DNA of 64,000 nucleotides from Longimicrobiales bacterium (lineage in GTDB: Bacteria > Gemmatimonadota > Gemmatimonadetes > Longimicrobiales > Gaopeijiaceae): NCBI GenBank assembly GCA_965249725.1, contig CBDFMQ010000002.1:928001-992000 (forward strand). Reading direction: 5' to 3'. Both the position numbers and the translations under genes were made by a program. The notes under the pieces are model-generated. The model did not search any database, was not told where the DNA came from, and saw only the letters and a list, made by a program, of their open reading frames with translations. How positions within the stretch are numbered: position 1 is the stretch's first letter; the number at the start of each line of letters is the position of its first letter. Below, piece after piece: positions 40,680 through 51,080 of this stretch.

Positions 40680-41495
40680 TTATGATGCCCATCCGTCGTC
40701 CGACTCCATGGCCTCTGTCGCGTCCCAGAAAGGCTTCCCTAGGAACTCGGCCAATTCACGGGCGTCTTCCCTGACCCTCTTCAGATTCCAGTGATCGATC
40801 ACGGCGATGCGCGTGGCGTCGGCGAGGACCAGGTTAAGCTCGTAGCTGTAGGAATTGCTGTCCCATCTTCCTCGCACCCACTCGGGTATGACCTGTACCG
40901 CGTAGATCGAGTCGAGCGACACCGGGGTATCCTCATCCTCCCGTAATGAGTACGACGGCTCCCCAGGGCCATCCCTGTACTCAGATCGACGCAGGTCGAA
41001 GACGTGCAACGTCAATAACTGACTCAGCCCTCGAACTGAGCCGATCACCAAGACCACGCCGGTGAGAAGGAGAACGAGGCGCAGGTCCCGGGCGGGAGAA
41101 GGCCCCACGAGCATGAAAACCGCGATCACCACCCCTAGCACGCCGGCACTACCCCAGAAGCGTTTGGAGCCGGTCGTGGCCACGAACTCCAAGCGCTTCG
41201 GCGACCGGTGCACAAGGCGGTGGGTCCGGTAGCCCGAGCCCCCTGCATTCGCGGGACCCCACGAGGTCTCGATCGCGACGGGATCGCCCAGTGTGGTCGG
41301 GTCGAACGGAGGGGGCCCCTTCGGTTCCATCCCGTAGAACCAGGAGCGGAACCGCAAAAGAAGAGGCTCCGGCGCTTGCGTCTTGTCCCACTCACCGTTC
41401 CGACGCCCGTACTTGCCAGTTGCGAGGGCCAATGCAACCGTGCCGACAAGTATCGCCCACCACCACGCTCGGATGAACTCAGTTACGGCTTCCAA
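40680..41495 (-). CDS. Hypothetical membrane protein
   Basis: TM segments; SYELNLVL motif; start follows GTTAGGC (minus strand, 41524-41518) by 22 nt. Confidence 0.7.
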   Translation of the reverse strand: MEAVTEFIRAWWWAILVGTVALALATGKYGRRNGEWDKTQAPEPLLLRFRSWFYGMEPKGPPPFDPTTLGDPVAIETSWGPANAGGSGYRTHRLVHRSPKRLEFVATTGSKRFWGSAGVLGVVIAVFMLVGPSPARDLRLVLLLTGVVLVIGSVRGLSQLLTLHVFDLRRSEYRDGPGEPSYSLREDEDTPVSLDSIYAVQVIPEWVRGRWDSNSYSYELNLVLADATRIAVIDHWNLKRVREDARELAEFLGKPFWDATEAMESDDGWAS

Positions 41496-41779
41496 ATGAC
41501 TCTCTCTCTCGTGGTCCGCCTAACGAGCTTCCGATTCCCCTACGCAATCTACCATGCAACTGGCACTCCGCGGGCCAGCATTAAGGCTGACAACTGAATC
41601 GGGCATGGGCGCACTCGGGGATCAGAATCCCAAACGCCAGCAGAATCGACCCCACGATCCGGCGACAACCTGCACCGGGTGCCCCTAATGGGTAACCTCC
41701 TGCAGGAGCCGATGCACTCGACGGAGTTCGGTCTCGAGTTGAGCCGCGTTACGGCGGGCGATCCTGTTCAGTGTTGTCC

Positions 41780-41879
41780 GCTCAACGGATTGCGATTCTG
41801 TTGCGCGACCAAGATGCCGACCGCAAGCGGAGCGCGCGAGCTAGGTGTCTACCGCGACTGCAGCAATCGCTTGTTAGGC
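41780..41879 (+). repeat. Integron attC-like site (100 bp)
   Basis: R'' GCTCAAC ... R' GTTAGGC, with internal imperfect inverted repeats (gcgattctgttgcgcg / cgcgactgcagcaatcgc). Confidence 0.8.
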
Positions 41880-41937
41880 AGCCGGCGATCGACTATGCTT
41901 TTTGTGTAATTACGATGTGCTTACCGGAGGTATTGGG

Positions 41938-42186
41938 ATGAAGGCCAAGATTGTGCAAATCGGAAACTCCAGAGGGGTCCGAATTCCTAAGCCCTTGCTC
42001 GAGGAGGCGGGGCTAGAGGATCAAGTGCAGCTAAGAGTGGTCGAAGGGGGAATAATGATCGAGTCAGAGAGGGCTCCCAGAGCCGGATGGGCCGACGCGG
42101 CGGCGATGGCGCACCAACGCGGCGATGATGCGCTACTTGATGATGCTGTCGCAACGCGATTCGACGAGACTGAGTGGGAATGGTAG
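41938..42186 (+). CDS. mazE: AbrB/MazE-type antitoxin
   Basis: MKAKIVQIGNSRGVRIPK; overlaps the toxin gene. Confidence 0.9.
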   Translation: MKAKIVQIGNSRGVRIPKPLLEEAGLEDQVQLRVVEGGIMIESERAPRAGWADAAAMAHQRGDDALLDDAVATRFDETEWEW

Positions 42187-42518
42187 CGCAGCAAGCAACG
42201 GTGCGACGTGGAGATGTCTTCCTTATCACTCTAGATCCCACGACTGGGCGGGAAATCAAGAAGACCCGCCCCTGCCTCGTCCTGTCTCCGGAGGAGTTGA
42301 ATAGGCATCTCAGCACCATCCTCGTGGCGCCGATGACGACCGGAGGGCACCCCTACCCCTTCCGGGTCGCCTGCCGCTTCCAAAAACGAGACGGATTCGT
42401 GGTTCTGGATCAAGTGCGTGCCGTCGATGCTCATCGACTCGTCCGTAAACTCGGCCGTCTAAGCCCACAGGCAACGACAAGCTCACTCAGCATCTTGAGG
42501 GAGATGTTCTCCGAGTGA
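42180..42518 (+). CDS. mazF: PemK/MazF family endoribonuclease toxin
   Basis: RGDV....LDPT.G.EI.KTRPCLVLS, APMTT, LDQVR.VD..RL. Confidence 0.93.
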   Translation: MVAQQATVRRGDVFLITLDPTTGREIKKTRPCLVLSPEELNRHLSTILVAPMTTGGHPYPFRVACRFQKRDGFVVLDQVRAVDAHRLVRKLGRLSPQATTSSLSILREMFSE

Positions 42519-42529
42519 GTCTGGAGGCT

Positions 42530-42682
42530 GTCTAACGAACTGTGATTCACCTCACTGCGTTCGGTGGTCTCGGCGTAGAGCAAACCGATCTTCGTAATCA
42601 GTACGGCGCCTCGGCTCTGTTGCGCGGCTAAGATGCGCGTCTTGGCTTCTGCGAGATCAGAGCGAGAGCATGCTACTCGCGG
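42530..42682 (+). repeat. Degenerate or chimeric attC-like site after mazEF
   Basis: R'' GTCTAAC 11 nt after the mazF stop; contains ctgttgcgcggctaagatg shared with the other attCs; no R' found. Confidence 0.55.
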
Positions 42683-43027
42683 CTACGCCCGCCAATCGAC
42701 GAAGACTTGATTGGGAGGAGGAGGTCCCTGCGAAGCATCCATCCCGTGAGTACCGATGAGGATCGTCTCGGCGAACCAACGATCAAATGGCTCATCCGAG
42801 TTTAGATACCTCGAAACGACACTACTTGGGTCATCACCTTCCAGGTAAACGACCACGTAGTCTCCTTCGGGTGTTTGCTGGAGGCTTACCACCTCACGGG
42901 TCAGACCCATACGCTTACGCGACTCCTCGAATTCAACCCTGCGAGGGCCAGTCATTTCTGCTGCGGCCTGCTTCCAGGCTTCGGTTGTTCCAGGCAAGAG
43001 AGGTGCGGCGAAGGTTGTGACGGCCAT
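42683..43027 (-). CDS. Small hypothetical protein (probable alpha+beta barrel)
   Basis: AGGAG RBS; F.AP.LPG..E.W, LQQTP.GD.VVVY.E, PFD.WF. Confidence 0.75.
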   Translation of the reverse strand: MAVTTFAAPLLPGTTEAWKQAAAEMTGPRRVEFEESRKRMGLTREVVSLQQTPEGDYVVVYLEGDDPSSVVSRYLNSDEPFDRWFAETILIGTHGMDASQGPPPPNQVFVDWRA

Positions 43028-43211
43028 GTGAAGCTCCTGCTTGATGAGCTTACCACCTCACGGGTCAGACCCATACGCTTACGCGACTCCTCGAATTCAA
43101 CCCTGCGAGGGCCAGTCATTTCTGCTGCGGCCTGCTTCCAGGCTTCGGTTGTTCCAGGCAAGAGAGGTGCGGCGAAGGTTGTGACGGCCATGTGAAGCTC
43201 CTGCTTGATGA
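42884..43211. repeat. Tandem direct duplication, 2 x 164 bp, of the 5' part of the 42683..43027 gene
   Basis: 42884-43047 equals 43048-43211; ORFs 43027 and 43191 share the same N-terminus. Confidence 0.92.
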
Positions 43212-43220
43212 GAGGATGTC

Positions 43221-43333
43221 CTCGGCATCGGAGGATCAGACTGCGGTCAACATCCTATCCGCAAGTCGGGAAGCGCAAGCAGAACCTGCCCAAGCCAGAG
43301 GCTCACCGCGACTGCAGCAATCGCCGGTTATGC
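43221..43333. repeat. Repeat U copy 2 fused to an attC 3' half ending in GTTATGC
   Basis: U at 43221-43284, then gccagaggctcaccgcgactgcagcaatcgccgGTTATGC. Confidence 0.8.
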
Positions 43334-43355
43334 GGCGCGCCCGGTGAGTCGGGGG

Positions 43356-43836
<481 letters not shown>

Positions 43837-43919
43837 TCAGTAGTACTCGCGGCAAAAGGGCACAGTCGGGTGTTCCAGTCTATAGAATCCGGAAGTCAGA
43901 GTCGATTCTTGCCAGCGCC

Positions 43920-44018
43920 GCATAACGGATGGCGATTCTACTGCGCGGCTAAGATGTGGATCTGACGCGAACGACGCGAGCCAGATGTCTACTGCGACTG
44001 CAGCAATCGCTTTTAGAA
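43920..44018 (+). repeat. Integron attC-like site with mutated R'
   Basis: R'' GCATAAC; body highly similar to 41780-41879; ends gcaatcgctTTTAGAA instead of GTTRRRY. Confidence 0.78.
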
Positions 44019-44160
44019 CGCCGATCGTTAACGCCCATCTCCGACGGCGGGAGCAATCGTCTGCACGAACTAACCCGAACTCTCCCGCACGGCCTTGCCC
44101 GACATAGATGCCCACCTGAGTGGATGCTACTCAAACCTCGCTGGGACTTCGAGCGACTTC

Positions 44161-44553
44161 TCAACCCCCACGCCCTCGGCTCGGAGGACGCTTTCCTCGA
44201 GGCGAAGGAGGTGGCGGAGGCGGAGGCTTAGCCTTTCCCCCCACCGTGTCACGGCGGCGTGTGGGGGCGGTTGCTTTTGTGGCTCCATCGTCCACGAGGA
44301 CGGCTGCGTCTCCTTCTGCTATCCGATCGGCGACCGAGTCTAAGCGCTCCTCAAGAGCGGAGACTTCCTCGAGGAGCCGCTCCCCCCGTCTCCGAACGCC
44401 GCGAGGGACTGTGCCCTTAGCCTCGCAGGCGCTCCGCTCAGCGATGTACGCCGTGAGTCGCGCCCTGAGGGCGCTCCGCTCGGCCATGTGCGACGAGCTC
44501 TCGTCCAGGGCTTTCTGGGCACGATCCCAAACGCCGCCGTCGTCCGTACTCAC
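44161..44553 (-). CDS. Hypothetical coiled-coil / Pro-rich protein
   Basis: GTG start overlaps the stop of the kinase head; GAGGA upstream. Confidence 0.5.
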   Translation of the reverse strand: MSTDDGGVWDRAQKALDESSSHMAERSALRARLTAYIAERSACEAKGTVPRGVRRRGERLLEEVSALEERLDSVADRIAEGDAAVLVDDGATKATAPTRRRDTVGGKAKPPPPPPPSPRGKRPPSRGRGG

Positions 44554-44711
44554 CGATTTTCCTCACGTTTGAGGACCTTTAGCACGACTTTCCCTTCATC
44601 GCGTAGGTCATCAGCCAGGTACACCGTAGCCATCACACCTTCACCAAGCTCACGCTCAATAGCATAGCGTCCTTCTAGTGCGGCATTCAGGCGGGAGACT
44701 GAATCGGACAT
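44550..44711 (-). pseudogene. Orphan N-terminal head of a Ser/Thr kinase gene (53 aa)
   Basis: MSDSVSRLNAALEGRYAIERELGEGVMATVYLADDLRDEGKVVLKVLKREENR*. Confidence 0.9.
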
Positions 44712-44719
44712 CGCTTCTT

Positions 44720-44850
44720 CCTCAGCATCGGAGGATCAGACGGAGACCAACATCCTATCCACAGGTCGGGAAGCGCAAGCGGAATGTGGATCTGAAGCGA
44801 AGTGCGCGAGCCAGATGACTACCGCGACCGCAGTAATCGCTTGCTAGGAG
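44720..44850. repeat. Repeat U copy 3 fused to an attC 3' half
   Basis: U at 44720-44784, then atgtggatctga.gcgaa..gcgcgagccagatg.ctaccgcgac.gcag.aatcgcttGCTAGGA. Confidence 0.8.
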
Positions 44851-45560
44851 CCCGCGTTCTCGTCGTCGCTTCGTTCCCCATACCACAGCGCCAGTTTATC
44901 TCGATCCCTCAGCACCTTGCGTCCGCCCATGACAATCTGGGTCATTGTGCGGAACATGCTCAGCGTAGAATGGGCACGGAGCTTCCGTCCAGACGTGATC
45001 ACGTGTTCCCGAAGGATGACGAAGTCGCCGATTCGGCCGAGGGCTCGACTGAACCCGATTTCTTCTGAAGCGAATAGGCTTTCGTCAAAGCCGCCGGTGG
45101 CTCGGAACGCGTCGCGGGTGCAAAAGACGAAGCAGCCAGCGGCAAAGCGCCTAATCCTGAATATCCAGAGGATGACGGGAAGTAGGACCCTGGCATAGAA
45201 TGGGACGCTACCCTCGAACACGACCCGAGCCCCACCTCCGATAGCCCCGGATTGCACGGCTGCCGCGGCCGCCTGGACGGTCCGGGCGGGCACGAAGGTA
45301 TCGGCATCGACAAACACCAGGAGTTGGCCCTTGGCTTCGCGTGCTCCGGCGTTGCGCGTGGCGGCGATCTGTCGGTGTCTCACGTGCACGACCCTCGCCC
45401 CAGCCGCAGCAGCAAGATCGGCGGTACCGTCCGACGACTCGTCGTCCACCACGATGACCTCGTAGTCTGTACCCGTCGCTTGCCCGGCAACGTGGATCGC
45501 CTCGAGCGTCGCAGGGAGGAGCCGCTCTTCGTTGAAGGCGGGAACGACGAACGAGATCAC
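44844..45560 (-). CDS. Glycosyltransferase family 2
   Basis: ISFVVPAFNEE, VVDDES.DGT, FVDADT, GGFDE, TSGRK. Confidence 0.92.
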   Translation of the reverse strand: MISFVVPAFNEERLLPATLEAIHVAGQATGTDYEVIVVDDESSDGTADLAAAAGARVVHVRHRQIAATRNAGAREAKGQLLVFVDADTFVPARTVQAAAAAVQSGAIGGGARVVFEGSVPFYARVLLPVILWIFRIRRFAAGCFVFCTRDAFRATGGFDESLFASEEIGFSRALGRIGDFVILREHVITSGRKLRAHSTLSMFRTMTQIVMGGRKVLRDRDKLALWYGERSDDENAGS

Positions 45561-45608
45561 ACAAAAAGATTCCCCAACGGATTGCGACAGGTCCATAGTC
45601 GTACCGGT

Positions 45609-46118
45609 TCAGGGCTCACTACTGATTAGGAGGTCCCGCTCCGACCCACTTGATCCCGCAGGCAGCTCCGAAGGGCTCCGCTTCGCCAGCGAAACGGTCG
45701 CGGCTGCTAACCCCGCGGTAACGGCCCCGTAGGAGACAGCACCTGCACCAATGGCAATCAGCTGAACGGCGATGGGGATACCCAACCCGCCTGCGACAAC
45801 CCCGACCCCCTTCAGGCTCGCCACCACGATGGCGCCCACTAGGGCCACAGCAGCCCCGGCGACCAAGCCCCACAATGCGGCTCGGTTGGGGGTCAACTCA
45901 TCGAGGGTTCGCCGGCCTTCCATCACCGACAAAAGACCGCCGAAACCCACTCCGAGGACAAGCCCGGTGACCCCCATCGCGACACCGAAAAACAGAGCCG
46001 AACTCCAGAACGAGCCCGGGCTCAACACCCCGAGCGTCGTACCGACGGCACCAGTGGCGATACCCCAGATGGCCCCGATCCTGAGGGCGGCTTTCAACTT
46101 CCTTATCAGGCTTCCCAT
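45609..46118 (-). CDS. Hypothetical membrane protein
   Basis: Gly/Ala-rich TM helices. Confidence 0.7.
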   Translation of the reverse strand: MGSLIRKLKAALRIGAIWGIATGAVGTTLGVLSPGSFWSSALFFGVAMGVTGLVLGVGFGGLLSVMEGRRTLDELTPNRAALWGLVAGAAVALVGAIVVASLKGVGVVAGGLGIPIAVQLIAIGAGAVSYGAVTAGLAAATVSLAKRSPSELPAGSSGSERDLLISSEP

Positions 46119-46422
46119 CGCTTTTCCTACCGACTAGCCTCTCAGTGTGGCGCCTCGGCTCTGCTGCGCGGATAACATGCGCCTCTGAGGCCATCCACGC
46201 GAGCCTGTGAGTCGTATCCGCAGCCCACTACGCAACCCAGCGAGCCGGCCCCATTCCGTGCCAAGCGTGCCCTTCCACCTACGTAGTCCCCGTCCGCCCG
46301 CTACGTAGTTCGCCGTAGGGAAGCGCGTCCTCTGAATCGGCATCTTTGGCTCGTACCAACGCAATGAGAGCCACACTGTGAACCACAGCTTACGCACAGC
46401 GTGAGCGCACAGAGGAGGAACC

Positions 46423-46839
46423 ATGTCAGCAACGAGCCACGGATTCCCGAGCCACTACACCCGCCGACTGGTCAGGCTGCTATCTCTCTTCTTCGCGCTG
46501 GGGCTTGGGGCTTGTACCTCCTGGCAGCCCATGTCTGTCAGAGACATCGGGCCTTCGCCCCATCCTGATCGTATTAGGGTGACTACGAACGATCGGAGTG
46601 AGATGGTCGCCAATGCGCGTATCGTCGATGACACGCTCCGGGGCGACATCCGTTCCAACACCGGGAGCGTCGGAGGGACAATGAGTGTTCCTCTCAACCA
46701 AGTCAGAAGAGTCGAGAGGTCCGGGTACGACGGAGGCAAGACGAAGATCGCCGCGGGGATTATCCTGGCTCCGGTGGCCCTATTCCTCTGGGTAGCCATG
46801 GAGGCGTTGGAAGACTTCTGTCTTACGGATGCCTGCTGA
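46423..46839 (+). CDS. Hypothetical lipoprotein
   Basis: GAGGAGG RBS; LGAC lipobox. Confidence 0.7.
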   Translation: MSATSHGFPSHYTRRLVRLLSLFFALGLGACTSWQPMSVRDIGPSPHPDRIRVTTNDRSEMVANARIVDDTLRGDIRSNTGSVGGTMSVPLNQVRRVERSGYDGGKTKIAAGIILAPVALFLWVAMEALEDFCLTDAC

Positions 46840-47004
46840 TGGTGGATCCGAACTACATGGCGACCTGGGAGGAAAACGGTGCCACGGCCAACTGGGAAGT
46901 CGAGGGGACGACCCTGACGCTCAGCTTCACGAACGGGTTCCTCGATGGCAACGCGGCAACGTTCCGGCGGCCTAATTAGGGGCTAACGACGGAGCGCTAG
47001 TCGC

Positions 47005-47352
47005 TCAATCGCGGCCGAACGACAGCACACCGCTTCGGATCAGCAGCGATACCACGAAGTCCCCGAGCTGCTCACGAGCCTCGCTCTCACCCATGGTGCC
47101 CGCCCGCACCTGGGTCAGCACCCCCTGGATCGCCGCGCGGTGGGCGTCCATGGTCGAGACATCGACCGTGGCGTCGCCCCCGCCCAAGCCGCTCGCGGCC
47201 ACAGTGGACGTCACCATCTCCCGTGGCGGAGGGATCATCACATCCCCTGCGACCTCCTGCCCCGCGGCTCGACCGGGAAGCACCAGCGCCCCAGCGATCA
47301 GCCCCACCGCGGCATAGGGTCTCGGTCTCACCCTCAGCGTCAGCGCCCGCAC
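47005..47352 (-). CDS. Hypothetical exported protein
   Basis: Abuts the upstream gene; signal-like N-terminus. Confidence 0.55.
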   Translation of the reverse strand: MRALTLRVRPRPYAAVGLIAGALVLPGRAAGQEVAGDVMIPPPREMVTSTVAASGLGGGDATVDVSTMDAHRAAIQGVLTQVRAGTMGESEAREQLGDFVVSLLIRSGVLSFGRD

Positions 47353-48150
47353 TTAGAACTCCACCGCCACAGCCGCACCACCGAGGAGACGGGCACCGTC
47401 GCCGGAGTATCTGGTGAGATCCGCGGCAGCCACAGAGAACGAAACGGCTACATCGCCCACCTGAAACGACCTACTCACGCCCGCATGGAGGTTGATCCCG
47501 CTCCACTCCACGATGAGGTTGAGGTCCTTCGCGACCTCCAGGGCCGCGTTGCCGAAGATCCGCGTGCCCGTTTCCCGCTTCCCTTCCGATACGTCCCGTT
47601 CACTCGTGTTGGCGAAGCGTCCAGACCCGACTCCAGCGCTCAGGTGGAGACGGCCCACCCCGGGACGGGGCGATGCTACGCCCTGGACGACGTGGCTGAC
47701 CACGAGATAGACGGTCTCGCCCAGGTCGTCCACGAAGGGACCGTCCGTCAGCAGGCTCCCGCCACCGACCGCGATTGCGGTCCCGTGCCCGAGATAGCGG
47801 TGCAGTTTGAACGAGTAGGCGTAGTTGTCGAACTCACTGAGGTCGGAGACCGTAACTCCAAGCTGCACACCGACATTGAGCACGGGGTCCCCTAACCCGA
47901 ACCCGAGTCCCACCACACCGTCGGAGGACGGCAGCCAGGGATTCCGCTCCGATACGCCGACACCGGCGAAGGCGGCCCCGTAGGCTGCACCCCATCCGGT
48001 GGGAGTCATCACCGACTTGGCGCCGGCATTGGGCAAACGGAGGCTCATGAGCCAGTCGGGCACCTCTTGGGCCTGGCCGGCAACGGGAAGGTACACAAGG
48101 CCTGCCAGCATCACGGCGTACCGAGCCGCTGCGCCTATCCCGCGCTTCAT
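47353..48150 (-). CDS. Hypothetical exported protein, probable outer-membrane beta-barrel
   Basis: Signal peptide; alternating beta-strand patterns; C-terminal Phe. Confidence 0.65.
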   Translation of the reverse strand: MKRGIGAAARYAVMLAGLVYLPVAGQAQEVPDWLMSLRLPNAGAKSVMTPTGWGAAYGAAFAGVGVSERNPWLPSSDGVVGLGFGLGDPVLNVGVQLGVTVSDLSEFDNYAYSFKLHRYLGHGTAIAVGGGSLLTDGPFVDDLGETVYLVVSHVVQGVASPRPGVGRLHLSAGVGSGRFANTSERDVSEGKRETGTRIFGNAALEVAKDLNLIVEWSGINLHAGVSRSFQVGDVAVSFSVAAADLTRYSGDGARLLGGAAVAVEF

Positions 48151-48171
48151 GGACGTCGTACGACCACCCGC

Positions 48172-48567
48172 CTAGTGGTCCGTCGAGTAATACCCGGCGA
48201 TGTAGGCCTTGAGAACAGTCTCGAAGTGGGGCGTACCGGGCGTAGACCGCAACCCGCCGGTCCCGTGCTCTCTGAGTCCCGCCGCCACGTCCTCGAGAAC
48301 CACGGCCATCTGCTCCGGCTCGAGATGCACGCCGAAGCCCATTGCCTCGTGTTGGGCGGATCCATCCATGCCCACCACGACGCCCCCCTCGTCCTCCATG
48401 GGTTCGTCGGGCGAAATGAGCGCATCGCGGAAGCTGTCACGAACGAGGGGTTCGTCCGGAGAGATGAAGGCCTCCTCGGGAATCTCGGTGTCGTCGGCCA
48501 CCTGCCCGTCCTGATTCGTCGACTGGGCCTCTACCATCTCGGACTCGGTTCCTGCTTCGTCGCTCAT
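48172..48567 (-). CDS. Acidic hypothetical protein
   Basis: GGAG RBS; internal repeat AFISPDEP/ALISPDEP. Confidence 0.65.
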   Translation of the reverse strand: MSDEAGTESEMVEAQSTNQDGQVADDTEIPEEAFISPDEPLVRDSFRDALISPDEPMEDEGGVVVGMDGSAQHEAMGFGVHLEPEQMAVVLEDVAAGLREHGTGGLRSTPGTPHFETVLKAYIAGYYSTDH

Positions 48568-48650
48568 GCGTGATCTCCGACCGACTGCGGGATACTGCGG
48601 CTATCCCAGCCAATATAGGCCCGTTGCGGGCTCGTAAACAAACGTATTCC

Positions 48651-49271
48651 TCAGAGCACGAACTCGATCAAGACGAAGCCCAGAATCACCAGGAGGCCGA
48701 ACACCCACGTGAGGAGGTTGAAATACCGGTCGATAAAGGCGCTGATAGAGGGCCCGAACCGATAGATGAGCCCGGCTATCACAAAGAACCGCAGCCCGCG
48801 GCTCAGAACGCTCGCAAGAACGAACACGGGGAAGTTGATAGAGAACACGCCCGCCGAAATCGTGAAGACCTTGTAGGGAATCGGCGTCAGCCCGGCAACG
48901 AAAACTGCCCAGAAATCCCAGCGCAGATAAAGGTCCTGCATGCCCGCGAACGCCTCTGGTGTCACGCCGGGCACATAGCTGAAGAAGAAGTCGGACACCC
49001 CCAGCCAGAGGAGCGCGCCGATTCCGTACCCGATCATGCCCCCCACGACGGATGCTCCGGTGGCCACCGCCGCGAACCTCAGTGACTTCGAAGCCGCTCC
49101 GAGGCACAGCGCCATGAGCAGCGGATCCGGCGGAATGGGAAACACCGACGATTCGGCCAGCGCCAAGAGCGCCAATGCGGGCATGCCGTAGGGAGTATCC
49201 GCCCAGTGCAGCACCCAGTCGTAGAGCCTCCGGATGGGTCCCGTGCGCCTCTCGGCAACAAGAGAGGTCAA
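48651..49271 (-). CDS. DedA/YqaA family membrane protein
   Basis: LYDWVL.W, AESSVFPIPPD, LTPIPYKVF; TTG start overlapping the pcm stop. Confidence 0.9.
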   Translation of the reverse strand: MTSLVAERRTGPIRRLYDWVLHWADTPYGMPALALLALAESSVFPIPPDPLLMALCLGAASKSLRFAAVATGASVVGGMIGYGIGALLWLGVSDFFFSYVPGVTPEAFAGMQDLYLRWDFWAVFVAGLTPIPYKVFTISAGVFSINFPVFVLASVLSRGLRFFVIAGLIYRFGPSISAFIDRYFNLLTWVFGLLVILGFVLIEFVL

Positions 49272-49954
49272 GCGCCCGCCTCCGGCTGCTCCGACGACCA
49301 CGCGAAGCGGCCGAGGAGCGGCACGAACGTGCACTCCCCCTCGATGACCTCCTCCTGGATTTCGCCGTCCACTCGGCGCACGAGGATCAGCTCCTGACTC
49401 TCCTTGGATCCCACCGGAATCAACATCCGGCCTCCTTCTCCGAGTTGATCCAGGAAGGCCTGAGGAATGGACGGGGCCGCCGCCGAGACCACGATGACGT
49501 CGAACGGGGCGTACTTCCGCCATCCGATCGTCCCGTCTCCGACCATGAGGGCCACGTTCTTCTGCCGGAGGTCGTCCAGGGCCACGCGAGCACGCGCGGA
49601 GAGTTCACGTACCCGCTCCACGGAGTAGACGCGGTCGGCCGTGAGCGCCAACAGGGCCGTGAGATATCCACTTCCGGTACCGATCTCGAGGACCGTGTCG
49701 TCCCCCGTCGGCTTCAGAACGGACAGATAGAGTGCTTGGAGCGACGGCTGAGACGCCGTCTGGGAGTAGCCGATGGGAATTGGAGCATCTTCGTACGCTC
49801 GCGGCCAAACCCCCTGCGGCAGAAAGAGGTGACGCGGCACCTGATCGAAGAGTTGGAGCACCTCGAGGTCGTCGATCCCCCGCTCCCGGATCTCTTCGAT
49901 GAGCTTGCGTCGATACCCGACGAAACTCCGGTCGTCTAGAGGCTCAGCTGCCAC
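49268..49954 (-). CDS. pcm: Protein-L-isoaspartate O-methyltransferase
   Basis: VPRHLF, QT.SQP, VLEIGTGSGY, APFD.I.V.AA, FVPL. Confidence 0.95.
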   Translation of the reverse strand: MAAEPLDDRSFVGYRRKLIEEIRERGIDDLEVLQLFDQVPRHLFLPQGVWPRAYEDAPIPIGYSQTASQPSLQALYLSVLKPTGDDTVLEIGTGSGYLTALLALTADRVYSVERVRELSARARVALDDLRQKNVALMVGDGTIGWRKYAPFDVIVVSAAAPSIPQAFLDQLGEGGRMLIPVGSKESQELILVRRVDGEIQEEVIEGECTFVPLLGRFAWSSEQPEAGA

Positions 49955-50685
49955 CCGCGAATCTCCTCCAGAAGCCTGTAGTTGGTCAGATCCAGGTGCA
50001 GTGGCGTAACCGACACGTACCCCTCGTGCACGGCTCCGAAATCCGAGTCCACATCACCACTCCACGTGACCTCGCCTCCACCGATCCAGTAGTACTCGTG
50101 CCCCGATGGGTCGAGCGCCCGTGTGAGGCTGTCACTGTAGCGACGCTTGCCCAGGGATGTGACGCGAATGCCCTTCACATCGGCAGGCTCTACCGGCGGG
50201 AGGTTCACGTTGAACAGGGTGTCCTCGGGAAAGTCGTCCTGTCGTACGATGCCTCGAAGAAGGTCCGTGAGCAGGGGCTCCCAGGCCTCCAGGCCCTCGT
50301 AGGCCTCACCCGCATACGAGATCGCGATGGCCGGTATTCCAATCACCGTGGCTTCCATCGCCGCGGCGACGGTGCCGGAGTACAGTACGTCCTCGCCCAT
50401 GTTCGGTCCGTGGTTCACACCGGACAGACAGATATCGGGCTTGCGGTCCAGAAGCTCGTTGACCGCCAAGATCACGCAGTCCGTCGGCGTGCCATCCACG
50501 ACCAACGTACCGTCGGTCGATCGCCGAGCCCGAAGTGGGTGATGCAACGTCAGGGAGTGGCTCGTCGCGCTCTGCTCGCGATCGGGGGCCACGATCGTCA
50601 CATCGCCGAGGCTCCGTGCCGCGGAAGCCATGACGCGGACTCCTAGAGCGAGGTAGCCGTCATCATTGGTGCAGAGGATCTGCAT
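49936..50685 (-). CDS. surE: 5'/3'-nucleotidase SurE
   Basis: TNDDG, VAPDREQS, GTPTDCV, SGVN.G.N.G..V.YSGTV. Confidence 0.96.
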   Translation of the reverse strand: MQILCTNDDGYLALGVRVMASAARSLGDVTIVAPDREQSATSHSLTLHHPLRARRSTDGTLVVDGTPTDCVILAVNELLDRKPDICLSGVNHGPNMGEDVLYSGTVAAAMEATVIGIPAIAISYAGEAYEGLEAWEPLLTDLLRGIVRQDDFPEDTLFNVNLPPVEPADVKGIRVTSLGKRRYSDSLTRALDPSGHEYYWIGGGEVTWSGDVDSDFGAVHEGYVSVTPLHLDLTNYRLLEEIRGWQLSL

Positions 50686-51056
50686 CAGGACGAGAGTCGA
50701 CTCGGCGGAGCGGTCAGCACCTCTTTCAGGTGACTCAGATCCTTCTTCATCCCGCCCAGGAACTCGTGGTCTACCACATCCTTCTTGCCTTCGGCCATCT
50801 CTCCACGCTGTCGCATCTCGATCAGTTTCTGCCGGGCCCCGTCGATCGTGAACTTCTTCTCGTAGAGCAGATGTTTCACCAGGAGCACGAGCTCGACTTC
50901 CTTGGGACGGAATACTCGGTTCCCCGCACGGTTCTTGGTGGGGTGCAGCAGCTCGAACTGCGTCTCCCAGTAGCGGAGTACATGAGGTTTGAGGCCGGTG
51001 AGCTCGCAGACGTCACCGATGGAGTAGTACTCCTTCTTCGCGATGGGTTCATCCAT
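50685..51056 (-). CDS. MerR family transcriptional regulator
   Basis: YSIGDV.....L..HVLRYWE..F, LLY...FTI.GA. Confidence 0.92.
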   Translation of the reverse strand: MDEPIAKKEYYSIGDVCELTGLKPHVLRYWETQFELLHPTKNRAGNRVFRPKEVELVLLVKHLLYEKKFTIDGARQKLIEMRQRGEMAEGKKDVVDHEFLGGMKKDLSHLKEVLTAPPSRLSS

Positions 51057-51080
51057 CTTCGTTCCCCTGTCGTTTAGGGC

